64,000 bases of DNA from Camelus dromedarius. Lineage: Eukaryota. This document shows positions 11,191 to 23,829 of the stretch, in pieces. Below the pieces are notes generated by a model. It had not been told where the DNA came from and did no database searches. It saw nothing but the letters and a program-made list of their open reading frames with translations. Each line of letters starts with the position of its first letter. Within the stretch, counting starts at the first letter, position 1. Location of the stretch: positions 18,230,001 through 18,294,000 of the forward strand of contig NC_087436.1 of assembly GCF_036321535.1 (NCBI RefSeq), read 5' to 3'. The translations under genes were made by a program, and so were the position numbers.

Positions 11191-14100
11191 AAGAATGCAT
11201 CACATTTAAAGTGCATTTTATCTCATCACTGCACTAGCCTCAGTTTTTTTTCTTTTTAAGCTACAAAGCTATGCTCTCATGGTTCCCTCTGAAACATCAG
11301 AAAGACATTCTTTTTACATTCAGAAGAGGAAGAAACAGTCAATTTTATTTACTTTAACATGTTGTCCTGCTTTTTGGCAATCTGACTTGAGAAGTTAAAA
11401 TTTAGCTTCTCTTGTTTTGTGTAGCCAAGATGTGCATCCTCTTTAAATATGACATTGATTATCCAATTCTAGAGCCATGGCCTGGATGCAAACTCCTCTA
11501 CCACCCGGGTCTCTTTCCAAAATTGTGTGACTCTCTCAACTCCCTTCCATCCTGTCACCTTTGTTCTGGGGCAGGTAAACTCATCTGAAGCAAAGCAAAA
11601 GATTAAGTTTACTCAAAACTTTTTTTTTTTCCGGGTCAAAAATTTCTTCACTGCACCTACGGTGGAAGTGTAACAGAAGGAAAACTCAGAGCAGACGATC
11701 CACTGACAAAAAACAAAACTCCACGCGTAGGCGCGTCAGGGAAGGAAGGCTTATTCAGGTCTCTGAAGGGTGTGAGCACAAACAGAAGTCTGGCACTGCC
11801 GCTCAGAGTCGCAGACTCCTCAGACTCAGCACACTGGATGTTTATGCCCGCGGGACGTAGCCGTCCATGTGAGTATCTCCCCAAGCCCGTCATGCTGCTC
11901 CCAGGGGGCCACGTGCGGAAATGACTGGGCCACCTCTGCCGGAAATACCTTGCAGAGAACAGGAAATAAGCAAGTCCTCTGCAACTTTTACTTTAATACC
12001 CACCGCAAACCGTCAGCATTTGGTTCAGCTGAGTTAATAAATACTTTGCATAAAGGAAATTAAGGGGGATGAGGTAACTTTTAAAAAGAGGTTTCTAACG
12101 CAGAGTTCGGGGGTCTTTATTGGGACAGGAAGATGACTTACAGGCCTGTGGATTCCTACCATCTCGAATACAAACAGTCTCCACTACTGGGTACTTGCAA
12201 CATGCCCGACATTACGCCAAGTGCCTGACTTAACAGAGATGTGAACCCAGACGTCCTGATTCCGGCACGCGTGTCTTGGACACAATGTCTGCCCTGCCGC
12301 CTCCAACGTAACCCGGTCATGTTAAGCCCCGTTCATACTGTGTCAGCTTGGGTGATGTCATGTCTCACATAACTATGTCCATCCCTAAACAGGGGTGTGA
12401 CCGGAGACAGCGGGAAATCAATGCGTACTCTCCTCAGTAAACCTGTCACATAGAAAGGAGGCACAAAGTAAAATTTCTAAATCCCTTTCTAAAATACATA
12501 ACTACAAGATGGCCAAATATTTCTTTCAGCTTCAGAGTCTACAATGTGTTTAGACAGACGTTCGTTACCTTGGGGCTGCACGACTCAAAGAGGCAGCCCG
12601 GACCATCATCCGTCTACGACATGAATTCAGGGTTTGGCTGTGGTGTGCTCTGAAGACGTTCCAGCCACGTGTCCTTGAGCCAGCACTCAGCCCAGGACTA
12701 AGTAAGGTCCTTTTATAGGAAATTCAACTAGAACTGATAACCAGGACTGACAGAGAGATAGCAGTTGGGTCTGGGCCAGATGAGGCCGCATGTTTGTTCT
12801 GGTTCATTCAAACTCAGAATCTCAGAGCTGAAGGGCCTCCTGGGTATCGCTGAGCCCAGCCCCTGTATCTCACAGCTGAACAAGGGGAGGCCCTCCTTGT
12901 TCATGAGAGGAGGAAGGGAGGGGCAGGAGACATCGCCAGCCTGGTGGTCACCCAGCCCGCAGGCGCCGGCTTTGACAGCAGCCCTGACTTACCATGAGCT
13001 TTTTGAAAACAACTTCAATTTTGGTTTACAAACAAACAAAAGAAGAAAAGCCAAAAGTATGTTTTGAGGATGTTATTAAATTGGTAGAGTTTCTGTTTTT
13101 CTTTTTCTTTCTAAGGTTTCAGTTTAAATTTTTGGAGACATTTTCAGACCTCTTCCCAAGTCCTAACAGGATCTGTACCACACCGATTCCTGCAGTACTC
13201 TGTGCCCTAAACAGAGGACTATATGACTGACTTCACATTTTGACTGCAAGACTTCAGTAGATGACAACCTTTATCAACTAGAATTTACAAAATGGAACAC
13301 ACCCCAGAACTACCTTCCCCAATTCACAGGCATTTTCAGTGAATAAACTGTGGATGCAACACCAGTGACCTGGTCTTCATAGTGTTTAACAGAGACCAAC
13401 AGAGGTATTAATAATAATAATTAAAAATAAGAATTGTGATAACTTTGATAACATATTGGAACCAAGAGGCATTAAAGAAATTTGCACATGCCCACTAAAT
13501 AATGTTCCCCCGAGTCAGTTCATGAGGGGAACCTCTCCTGATCAAGCCAAAGCTGCACTGCTCTGGTAGTCATGGTGCAAACATACATTCCCAGTTATAA
13601 AATGTTGTTTTCTGGTTTACAAACCTTTAAAAACACTCCAGGTGCATTTTTATCAATTTGCACCTGCAAACATTTGGGAAACGCAAGTGCACACTCCCCG
13701 AAGTCAGAAAACACGTTCCAAACACAGCTGCAACTTGCCTTTCACAACCCAAGTGTCTACAAATATCCTTAACTGAATAGAAAGCCAACGCATACCGAGA
13801 ATTTCTCTTCCAACGTGTCCTTTGTTCACGTACAAACAGAAAGTGTATAATTCTGCAATAAAAGCCCAGAATAACATTTAAGAAATACAGATACTCTGCA
13901 TCAGCGACAAGGCATCCTCCTTACATGTTCCTTTGTTTTCCCCTTCCTCCTCCTTCAATTTAGGTGTACCACTTCTCCAGAGGTTCTTTTTCCTCTCTGT
14001 CAGCCTTCATCTCTCCAGGACGTAAGCCTGCCGACGGCAGCAGAGAGGATGAGAACCCAGGAAGCGCAGTGTTCGCAGCCCCCAAAGGCCTGGGCACCCG

Positions 14101-15267
14101 CAAGGAGAGGCCTCCCCACCCAGGGCTAGCTCCGGCCGCGACAGAGAGCAGGCCCCTCGCTCAGTGTGACCTGTGGGTCTTTAAAGTGAAGGTAAGTAAA
14201 CCTGTTTAGAACTGACCCATCATCTTATGAAACTTTCAAGGTGAATGACCCTTTTCCTTTTGGAATATAAGCTATGACCCCCTAGTCATTTGGGTAGGCG
14301 GGAGTGACCATTTCCCTGGGGGGCGGGACAATAAGCCCTGGACGTGTTCATTCTACAAAAGGAAATGTGTGAATGTTAATCAGTGAAGAAAACATCTCCT
14401 GAAGACATGCATATGATATTTATCAGAAGCATCTGAAATCTTTTTCCAAGTATGAACGCCCCCAGGCATGGCCTACATATTTAAGAGATAATGCAACACA
14501 TCTTTTTTTCCCCCCTATTTTAGCTCTCATAACAATAAAATGCCTTAAAGCAAAACCATGTTTTGAAGGTGGTCCATGATGATACTTTATAACAAGCTGC
14601 ACGGGAGGTGTGGGGAGTGGTTTCAGCCTTCATGTTTAATCACTGCTCCTAAAATTTATGGGAATAGTTTGGTTTCCATTTTTTAATAATAACCTTTTTT
14701 TCAAATTACAATTTATTCATGCTACGAAAGTGATAAGTAATACACATTACATTCCTCGCTGAAATTCTAGTACACACACACACACAAAACCTCTTCAAAG
14801 ACGATAGAAACCACCCATCATTCCACACACAGAAACATTTCTGTTAAAATGTTGATGACTATGCAATAGGGTTTTTTTTTCTTTCCATGCAACATATGTC
14901 TCACTTTAAAGAAGCCAATACATCAGGACAACTGTATGTGGACCTCAAGTTCCTAGAATTTCCCAGTATTCAGCCTCTACATACTTGAAAGGTGACCTGT
15001 GCTATATGCATCTGTTAAGAATAAGCTCTGGGCAATATTCGATTTCTAAACACATTAGGACACAGCTAGATTTTACCTCCCAGTTGAAATGTTTCTAATT
15101 AGGGGTTTAGCAAATATTCATGTACAATTTTAAGAACATTCCAAACGGCTTCCAATGTTTAGACCCTCATCTTCACCAACTCAAGGTAAATGAAGGTCAC
15201 GTATATTAGAGCCCCAAAGCCCGCTACTAGCCTCTCAGCGCACACAGACAATTCATTTTCATAAGCA

Positions 15268-15370
15268 TTTTTTTTGCTTTGTTTTGTTTTTTAATGGTGG
15301 TACTGGGGGTTGAACCCAGGACCTCATGCAAGCTAAGCACAAACTCTACCACTGAGCTATACCCTCCCCC
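15268..15370 (-). mobile_element. tRNA-Ala-derived SINE, short-tail form
   Basis: tactgggggttgaacccaggacctcatgcaagctaagcacaaactctaccactgagctataccctcccc, preceded by a T-rich tail. Confidence 0.88.
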
Positions 15371-16084
15371 ATATAAATCTTAAGATATGATGAAAGCATT
15401 ATCTGGACCAATTTCCTGCACCTTAAGAGGAGAGTCTAGAAAGGTTAATGCTTATTAAGATGCCTGGATTCCACCTCAGCTGGGAGCTTGCTCACTCTCC
15501 GTTATTAGTGGCTGTGTTGGAAGTGCAAGAAGAAATATTTCCCTCAGCTGATCTCCCTTTTCTTGGGACCAGCTTTGACACAAACGTTTCCAGTCATGAG
15601 GGGCAGTGCAATGATATGTTAACTGGAAGGAGAGACAACAGGATAAAACAGCCGTAGAGTCACACCCCGAGGTGAGCGGAACCCCCTTCACCCGTATTGC
15701 TGTTGACATTCCAATAAGCAAGTGTTTGGCACTTACATTAGTATAAAATGTTTAGTACCCGTCAAATTGGGTCATGCATGCTTATCTTTGTCACAAATGA
15801 CTTCAAGATTCCAACACTGCTTTCATGTTTATGTTACATTTATCATGTTACGTTTATTTACTGGGAGAGGAGCACACCATGTTTAAAATGTATGCGTAAT
15901 TTAAATCTCAATACCTAAATGTGGAGGAGCCAGTAATGAACACTAACATTAAAGGGTAAAAGTCTGCTGAAGAACAAATTCTTCAATATTGTCAGGGTAT
16001 CTCCTACTGGATCACCATCAATTACAAAGAGATAGGCACATCTGCAATTGAGAAATCTGGCAGTCACCACCCGTAGCAGTTTTA

Positions 16085-16435
16085 AAACATGGCTACAGAT
16101 TCTTCGACATTCTTCCCAGCCAGGAGTGGTGTCTATGCCCCCTCCCCTTGAATCTGGGCAGGTCCCCGACTAAATCAATCAACAGCATATGTGTTAGTGA
16201 TGCTAGATCACAAACAGCCTTCCAGTCTCTGCCAGGCTGGCTGGAGCCCTCACTCAGAGCCCTGAGGCTGCCACGTACTGTGGGGAAGCCCAAGCCAGAG
16301 GAAGGGGCCTGTGTGTGTGGCTCTGCTCAACAGCTCCGGAGGAGCCCAGCCTCCCAGTCCAGGCATCAGATGTGAGTTTGGAAGCCTCCAGTGGGGTTCC
16401 AGACCCCCGCCATTCTAGACCTCCCAGCTGATGGA
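16085..16435 (+). mobile_element. MaLR LTR remnant (MLT1-like)
   Basis: atggctacagattcttcgacattcttccc...cctccccttgaatctgggc resembles an MLT1G/H-type 5' end. Confidence 0.55.
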
Positions 16436-16739
16436 CTTTGAAGAATCAACATCATTCACCTACCGCCCCAAAATACAACACCTAGACCTAATCATGAAAA
16501 GCCAAATTTCAGACCGTTTTGCAAAACAACTGGCCGGTATGCTTTAAAAGTACCAGTATCAGAAAAAAAAACAAAGATGGAGAAGTGAATTCCATCCAAA
16601 TTAAAGGACACTTAAAGAGATGTGACAATCATTAAATACAATGCATGACCCTGGATCGGCTCCTGCACTGGGGGACATTTTTCTAGAATAGGTACCGTTT
16701 GAGGACTGGCGAAGTATGAATACGGATTACCCATTAGAT

Positions 16740-16890
16740 TAGTGCCTCTCAAATACCGATGAGGGTACAAGTCCCTTGGAGGGCTGTGAAAACGCAGGTT
16801 CTGATTCATCAGGTCTGAGGTGGGGTCCCAAATTCTCACTTCTAGCAAATTCCCAATTTGTGTCAGCACACTGGAATATGGTCACACTTA
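16740..16890. mobile_element. MER5A-like hAT-Charlie MITE
   Basis: agtgcctctcaaa...ttctgattcatcaggtctgaggtggggtcccaaattctcacttctagcaaattccca. Confidence 0.65.
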
Positions 16891-18024
16891 GAAACACAAT
16901 ATATTAGATAACAATATAGTGTCCATGTCAAACTTCCCGAATTTGTCCTTGTTTTTTAAGACACATGTTGACGTCTTTAGAAATGAGGGGTCATGATGTA
17001 AGGGAACTCAGTCTCAAATGGTTCAACAAGAGTAATAATAATTACACCTCACAGGGTATACAAATGTTTATTGTACTGCTGTTGCAACTTTTCTGTGAGC
17101 CTGAAACTTTTCAAAAGAAATTTTTGAAAAGGAAAGGGTATTATGTAAATTAACATCAACAACCCTACAAGGTTGCTATTTTGATTTCAGTGATACAGAT
17201 GAGGAAACAGATGCTGGAAGAGATTAAATAACTTGTGCACGATCATATTACTAATAAAGAGCCACAAGGTCAGAAAGTTAAGTGATGAACTTGCTTGCTT
17301 GACAAGTATTGTTAAGTAGTTGCTATTTGATTTTCACAACTGCACTGTGACCTTGGAGAGTAACTTAACCTCTCTAGCCCTCAGTTTCCGGATCCAGCTA
17401 GAAGTGTTGCACCAGACCAGAAGACTTCTAGCATCTCAAACACCGTGTTATCAACACGAGTCAATGCACCTTTCAGTCACCATATTCCCCACCCACTTCA
17501 TCACGGCAGGGCTCTAGTCTCCCTCCACCTTCCTGGTGGAATGAAAGGGTAAAAGCAAACATAGCTAGAAACTGTACCCACCCGATCAAGACCAAATCAC
17601 AGGCATTTATGAAGTTTGGAATTAGTTAACAACAATACACATAATTTCAAAAATTTAAAAAAAAGTTCTGGAATTAAGGTATTTTCAAAAATTGAATCCT
17701 AACTCTGCAACAATAACAACAAAAAATGGTACACGTGTATGGGGCAAGAGAACTGAAGCCATGGAAGCCCTTCTGAAAAATGGAGATTCCAAATGAGGCT
17801 CTGGATTGATTTCTAAAGGGCTGCTGAGCACCTGGAAAAGCAGAACAGCTAACTGGAACTACACAGGTTAACTAGCAACCTGCCAATTAATTTCCTTCAG
17901 TCCAGGGCTTTCGGGCTGGGAAACAGAAAAACATTCTGAGCATCTAGATTCTAGCAAGGCCTTTAAAACTGTCACTCATGACAGGGTGTCCTCACACAGA
18001 AAATGAAGAAATATAGCCTAGTCA

Positions 18025-18635
18025 GAGGTACTTACAACTTTTTTCTTCTCAGGACTCCTTTATACTCTTAAAAATTACTGGTCTCAAAGAACTTTTGTGT
18101 GGATTCTGTCTATTGATATTCCCAGTGTTAGAAATAAGAACTGAAATACAAAATGTTTCAAAAGTACCTATCAGTTGATTAAAAAAAGAATAAACCTTTA
18201 TAAATTAACATAATCCTGGCAATAATTGTTTTCCAAAAATGATTCCATGAAGAGGATGGTATTGTTTTACATTTTGTAAATCTATTTCATGTCAGATTTA
18301 AAAGACAGATGGATTCTCATCTCTGCTTCTGCATTCAATCTGTTTTGATATCAGAGGTCATATCACCTCTGGAAAACTCCCCTCTACAAATTCAAAAGAA
18401 TGAAGTATAGCACAGGAAACTATATTCAATATCCTGTAATAATCTTTAATGAAAAAGAATATGAAAATGAATATAAGTATGTATATGCATGACTGGGACA
18501 TTGTGCTGTACACCAGAAACTGACACACTGTAACTGTACTTCAATTTTTAAAACTAATTTTTAAAAAATGAGTGGAAAAGGCAATCACCTCACAGACCCC
18601 TTAAAGGGTCAGTTCACATTTTGAGAATCCCTGTC
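18025..18635. mobile_element. hAT-Charlie-like DNA transposon fossil interrupted by an L1 3' tail (about 18404-18565, +)
   Basis: ctcaggactcctttatactcttaaaaattact...cacattttgagaatccctg; the inserted L1 tail is flanked by aaaagaatga / aaaaaatga. Confidence 0.55.
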
Positions 18636-18749
18636 TCAGATGCTGAAATGTCTGATTAACGAGATTAAAAATATCATCTCCACCCGACATTCTTTAGGAA
18701 GTACCATCCCCGCCAGACATTCTGCAGGAGAACTACATTAATCCAGAAG

Positions 18750-18966
18750 AGGGCTTTTCAATCTCAGCAACACTGACGTTTTGGGTCTGATCACTCTTGT
18801 TGGAGAGCATGCCCTGTGTATCTTTAACAGCATCCCTGGCCTTCACCACCACATACCAGTAGCCTCCACCCTAGATCTAACAATCAAAAATGTCTCTGTG
18901 CTTCACCGCATGTCCCCTGGGGCTTGAGATCCACTGTCATAAGTCACCCGTGGTTGGGATCCACTG
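18750..18966. mobile_element. MER20-like hAT-Charlie MITE
   Basis: tcaatctcagcaacactgacgttttggg...agcatccctggcct...aaaaatgtctc...ggttgggatccactg. Confidence 0.75.
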
Positions 18967-19399
18967 CTACAAACCTAGAGAAATACTTCCAGTGGTACGT
19001 CTCAGAGCTCTAGTTCACTATCTGTCACCAACAGCTTGGTCTTCACCGGCAGACAACGCAAAAGCTGGAGAGAGACTGAATAATTTCCTGAAGTGTGCCC
19101 AAGCAGCCCTCAGAAGTTTGGAAACAAAAAGACCAGCAATACGGATCTAAGAGAAAAAACTGTCTGCTCCCCACATGTTTAAAAAGCAGCCGCATAGGTA
19201 TCGGATGGGGACCACGTGCCTCAGAAGCCAGCGAAGACAGTAAGGGCAGGATGAGGCCACCACGCGTCCTGGCTGGCAAACAGACATCATCGTAGACGGG
19301 ATTAAGTGACACAGAGTAGACCCTGAACAAGAAAGATGCTAATCCCAACTGCACTCCCGACTGGGTGGACGGGGCGAGGGACTGCACTCCGTTCTGCAG

Positions 19400-20510
19400 T
19401 TTGAGTCTCTGGGGAACCCAAGTGTCTCCCCAGTGGAGTATAAAGATCCTGGTCCTTGACTCCAACGTGCAGGGAGGGTCTCCCCCACCAACAGGCCATT
19501 CTCCAACACCAACTGGGGGGCCTACAATTCAGCACAATTCTGACACTGCCTACCTGCAGACAGGATCAGACCCCGCTGGTTGGAAGTTCAGCCCCACAAA
19601 ATGAACCCCCGCTTCAGATGCCAACCCCAAGCCCAGCTTGTTACCTGTGCTTCCAATAGACTGGCTGTAAATCAGAGGCTCCCATGACGCCCTCTCCTTG
19701 GGGTCAATTAATTCGCTGGAGTGGCTCAGAGAACTCAGGAACCCCATGTACTCACTAGATGGCCGACTTATTATGACGGATATTAAAGGATACGAATCAA
19801 CAGCCAGATAAAGAGATACACGGGGCAAGGTCCCAAAGGAGCTTCTGTTCTCACGGAGTTCAGGGCCCCACAAGGCAGCAGGCAGAAGCTTCTGGCTCTG
19901 CAATCTGGAAGCTCTCTGAATCCCCTCCTTTTTGGGTTTTTAGGGAGGCTTCATTACATAGGCATGGTACATTAAATCACTGGCCGTTGGTGACTGATTC
20001 AACCTCCAGCCCCACTCCTCTTCCCCCCAAATCAAGGAGTGGGGCTGAAAGTTCCAACCCTCTATTCACGGTTGGTTCTCTAGCAGATTCCTGCCATCCT
20101 TAGCTGCTTTCCCAAGTCACCTAATTAATACAGCCCCAGTTGTGGTGGAAACGGGCTAGTCATGAATGGGAAGGTACCTATCCCATCTTTAAAGCTCTTA
20201 AGTGATTTTAGGAACTGAGGACAAGAAACAAAATATAAGGGGGGAGGGTGTAGCTCAGGGGTAGAGCACATGCTTAGCAGGCACGAGGTCCTGGGTTCAA
20301 GCACCAGCACTTCCATTTAAAAATTAATTAAATTATTAATTAATTAAACCTAATTACCTCCCCAACATCCCCCCCCAAAAGAAACAAAATATAACAAAGA
20401 TGTTCCTATTGCTCTTATCGCTCAGGAAATTGCAAGGGTCTCAGGAGCTGTGAGCCAGGAACCGTGGACGAAGACCAAATATATATTTCTTACTATAAAT
20501 CACGACACAG
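19400..20510 (-). mobile_element. MER21-like solo LTR containing a SINE insertion
   Basis: ccaacaccaactggggggcctacaattcagcacaattctgacactgcctacctg... ending gaagaccaaatatatatttcttactataaatcacgacaca; reverse-complement homologue of 49370-50270. Confidence 0.8.
20239..20378 (+). mobile_element. tRNA-Ala-derived SINE nested in the MER21-like LTR
   Basis: Perfect 16-bp TSD aagaaacaaaatataa at 20223-20238 and 20379-20394. Confidence 0.92.
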
Positions 20511-23259
20511 AATGTCACCAGAAGGTAGGAAATCCAAAACAAAGTCATACAAGTGCAGGACCTGAAAAGAAATCCAACAGGAACTATTCCAAAAACACTC
20601 TCACATGGAAGAGGGATTCATCTTGTACACGGCCCAGAGATTAAACCAGGGCTCATGGGCTTGGGAATCAAAAGAGGCACATGACAGCTGAATACGAGGG
20701 GGACAACTTTCTGGACTGGTGAAGTCACACAACTCCTGGGCGGGCTGACTTGGGAGAGAGTGAGTTCCATGTCACCAGAGTTTTACAAGGTAAGACTCGG
20801 GGCATTCCAAAAGAGGTTCAGATACAACACCCAGGGCTTGAATAGTTGACCCACGAATCCCTCAGTGAGAAAATATACACCCATCCCCCCAAGAAATTCT
20901 CACTCACCAAGCTGTGTGAGCCAAGTGACTCACACTTCTCAATACAGCAGCCAGCCTGTCACGCTGACCTGTCACCCTTTTCTGCAGGACAGGACAACCT
21001 CTCCGATTCCCTGATAAACACACCCTGTGCCACGCCGGGACCTGACCTCTCTTCTCACCCAAATCCAAGGCGGCCACGTTCTGGGTTCTGACTACATCCC
21101 ACAGTGCACGGTTATTAACAAGCCCAAGGGGCGGCCCTGACTGTCCTGGGAGCAATCTCATCTCAACACTCCTCTTAATCTGACTTTCTCTTTCCAAAAG
21201 CAGCACACATCTGCTATTAACAAGTACGTGAAAAGGCTTTGTAAACTGGTACCGTTTCATTATAAATAAAGTGATCTTTGCTCGGCCCCCTCGCATACTA
21301 ACCTTGTGATTCCTCCACAGACAAGTCCAAGAGCATAATGACTAGCCTCTTGAAGGTTTACTAAGAGCCACAGCACCTAGAGGCATTTTAACCTGATTCT
21401 CCTGTAACATGTTACACAAAAACATGTAGACAAACAAACAAATAAAAAAAACTATACAAGAGCTACAGTCATACTGAGTACTGTTCCCAAAAAGGCCCGG
21501 GAGTCCCACTGAGAAGTCAAGCCCCCGTGCTGGGGAAGGACGAGAGGGAGGAGGGCGGCAGGGTGGAAGCTCAGCCAGGGGGATAGGGTTCTAAAATTGC
21601 TGTCAATCTGGGGAGAAGTATATGAGAAGATAATGAATGACCTGCAGAACCTGTATCATATTTTCATTTTTAGAACTTTCTCTGTATGGAAAGATGCAGA
21701 TAACACACTGTTCTGTAAATGCATAACCTTTAAAAATATACCTTTTCCCACCTAAAAGAACACTCCTCTGGAAGGCAATAGGGAGAGAGACTCACTCAAC
21801 CAAACCTCATTTCCATCACAACAGTGGGACACTCCTGTCCATGGCTGCTTAACAGAACTCTCCCACGCTTAGTGGTTTCCAACAAGTGCCATTTAATTAT
21901 GCTCCCGATTCTCTGGCTCTGGGATCCGGGCAACATGGCCCAGCAGGAAGGACCAGCCTCACGGGGGTCCGGCACGCAGCTGGGCACGGCTGGAACGGCG
22001 ACTGGGCCCTAAGTTTGGGAGCTCAGTTTTGGTTGTCTGCTGGCGTCTGGGATGACGCCAGGGATGGGCTGGCTGGGCGCCTCTGTCCCTCTCACCTCCC
22101 AGCCTCCTCCCAGCCCGCCACTCTTAGGGTGGCTGGATCTCCTCCAGGACAGCTGACTTCCACCAGAAGGAGCATCCAAGAGGAAGGAAGTGGCCTGTCT
22201 CTTCAAGCCAGAGTTCTGAGTCCCTTCTGCCACAGTCTTAAGGACCTCAGGGGCCAGCAAGATTTAAGAGAAGACCCTGAGTCTCCTGTCTCTATGGGAG
22301 GAGTGGGAACAAATTCGTGGCCACCTTCCATTTCATTTCCCTTCTGGTATCATGTGTAGAAGCAAGTGATAGTTTGGATACGAGCAAAATAACCCCTCCC
22401 AAAGTGACTTCAAGATACAAACACTTCACAATGAAGAAAAGGTGCTAAACAGATCCTTAGTACCAACACTCCTCTCACCTTTGCTTCATGTCTTCATCAT
22501 CTAAGGACAAGATGGCAACACAAGGGCTTCATTTATCAGAAAGGAAAGATGTGGAAGAACGAAAGAAGCTCAAACTCAAAAAAGGTTCAGACTCATGGCT
22601 TAACATTTCTTCAAACTGAAACCTGATTTCCAGTTGTGTCCAACAGACCAGTCATACAGACAGATATTCTGACATGCTGAGATCCAGAACTAGAGCACTG
22701 ATTTGTTCATTCAATAACGTAAATTTAAGCATGCAGTGGTTGCCTTATTTTTTTAAGTCTAAAAAGAAAACTGCAATTGAGCCACCATCTACCCATCCTG
22801 ACAACACTGTTGATGATCCTGACACACATAGAACAATGGAAAAATACTGAGTCCTCACCTCCCCAGCAAGGCAATCATTGTCAATAGTTTCTTTGATTCC
22901 TTCTAAGAAAATTTTAAAGGTTGCCTATGCATGGGCCTGCATGGATGTATAATTTCTATGTACAGAGGATCATAAGAGAGATACAGTTCCTCACCTCAAT
23001 TTCTGACTATCCCTTCAAATATTAACCGAATGCCTATTATGAGACATGCAACCTTCTGGATATTGGAAGTAAATGAGTAAGTGCAAAGGCCCCGAGGTAC
23101 AAATTCACCTTGCCTTTTCCAGGAATACACCAAAGAGGCCAGGGTACATGAGGGTACAAAAGGGAAACTGGATCACTAAATAGCACGAGATTATTTTTTT
23201 TAATTTAATTCAATGTGAGACAGTATGTCAATGTCCTAGGGATCAAATAATTTCAGTGC

Positions 23260-23812
23260 ATGCATCTACTATTGCTGTGTAACGAATGAGCACAAACTCA
23301 CAGGCTGAAAACATGTTTACTACTATTGTGTTTTCTATCTCTTGTTGTAAATAAGAACGTTATCAATTATCTCAGAGTTCCCACATGTCAGGAGCCCAGA
23401 GCCCATCTTAACTGGGGCCTCTACTCAGGGTTTCAGTTCACAAGGCTGTGATCAAGGTGTCCGCCAGCCTGTATTACGGTGTCTCCTCTGTGAATGAATC
23501 CACTCCTGAGCTCATATGAGTTGTTGGCAGAATTATTTCTTTGCGGTCGGAGGTCTCAGCTCCTGACTTTCTGCTGCTATGGGCTGGGGGCCTCCCGCAG
23601 TTTCCTAAAACGTGGTCCTCTCCGTGGCTGTTTGCTTCTTGCAGGCCAGCAGGGGACCCTCTCTCTCCAGTCTGCTCCGATGGAATCATACATAACCAAA
23701 CAATCATGGCAAAGAATCCCATCACCTTAGATTCTATTGGTTAGAACCAAGCAGGTCCCACCGGCACCCATGGGCCTGGATCACTGGGTCACCTTCGGGT
23801 AGGTCCACCACA
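23260..23812 (-). mobile_element. MaLR LTR (MLT1E/F-like)
   Basis: tattgctgtgtaacgaat...caaggctgtgatcaaggtgtc...gttgttggcagaatt...attctattggttagaa. Confidence 0.7.
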
Positions 23813-23829
23813 ACCAGTATCCGTATTTA

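Noticed and set aside
21886..22359. 157-aa ORF
   Set aside because: GC-rich stretch, probably an old MaLR remnant; no coding signal.
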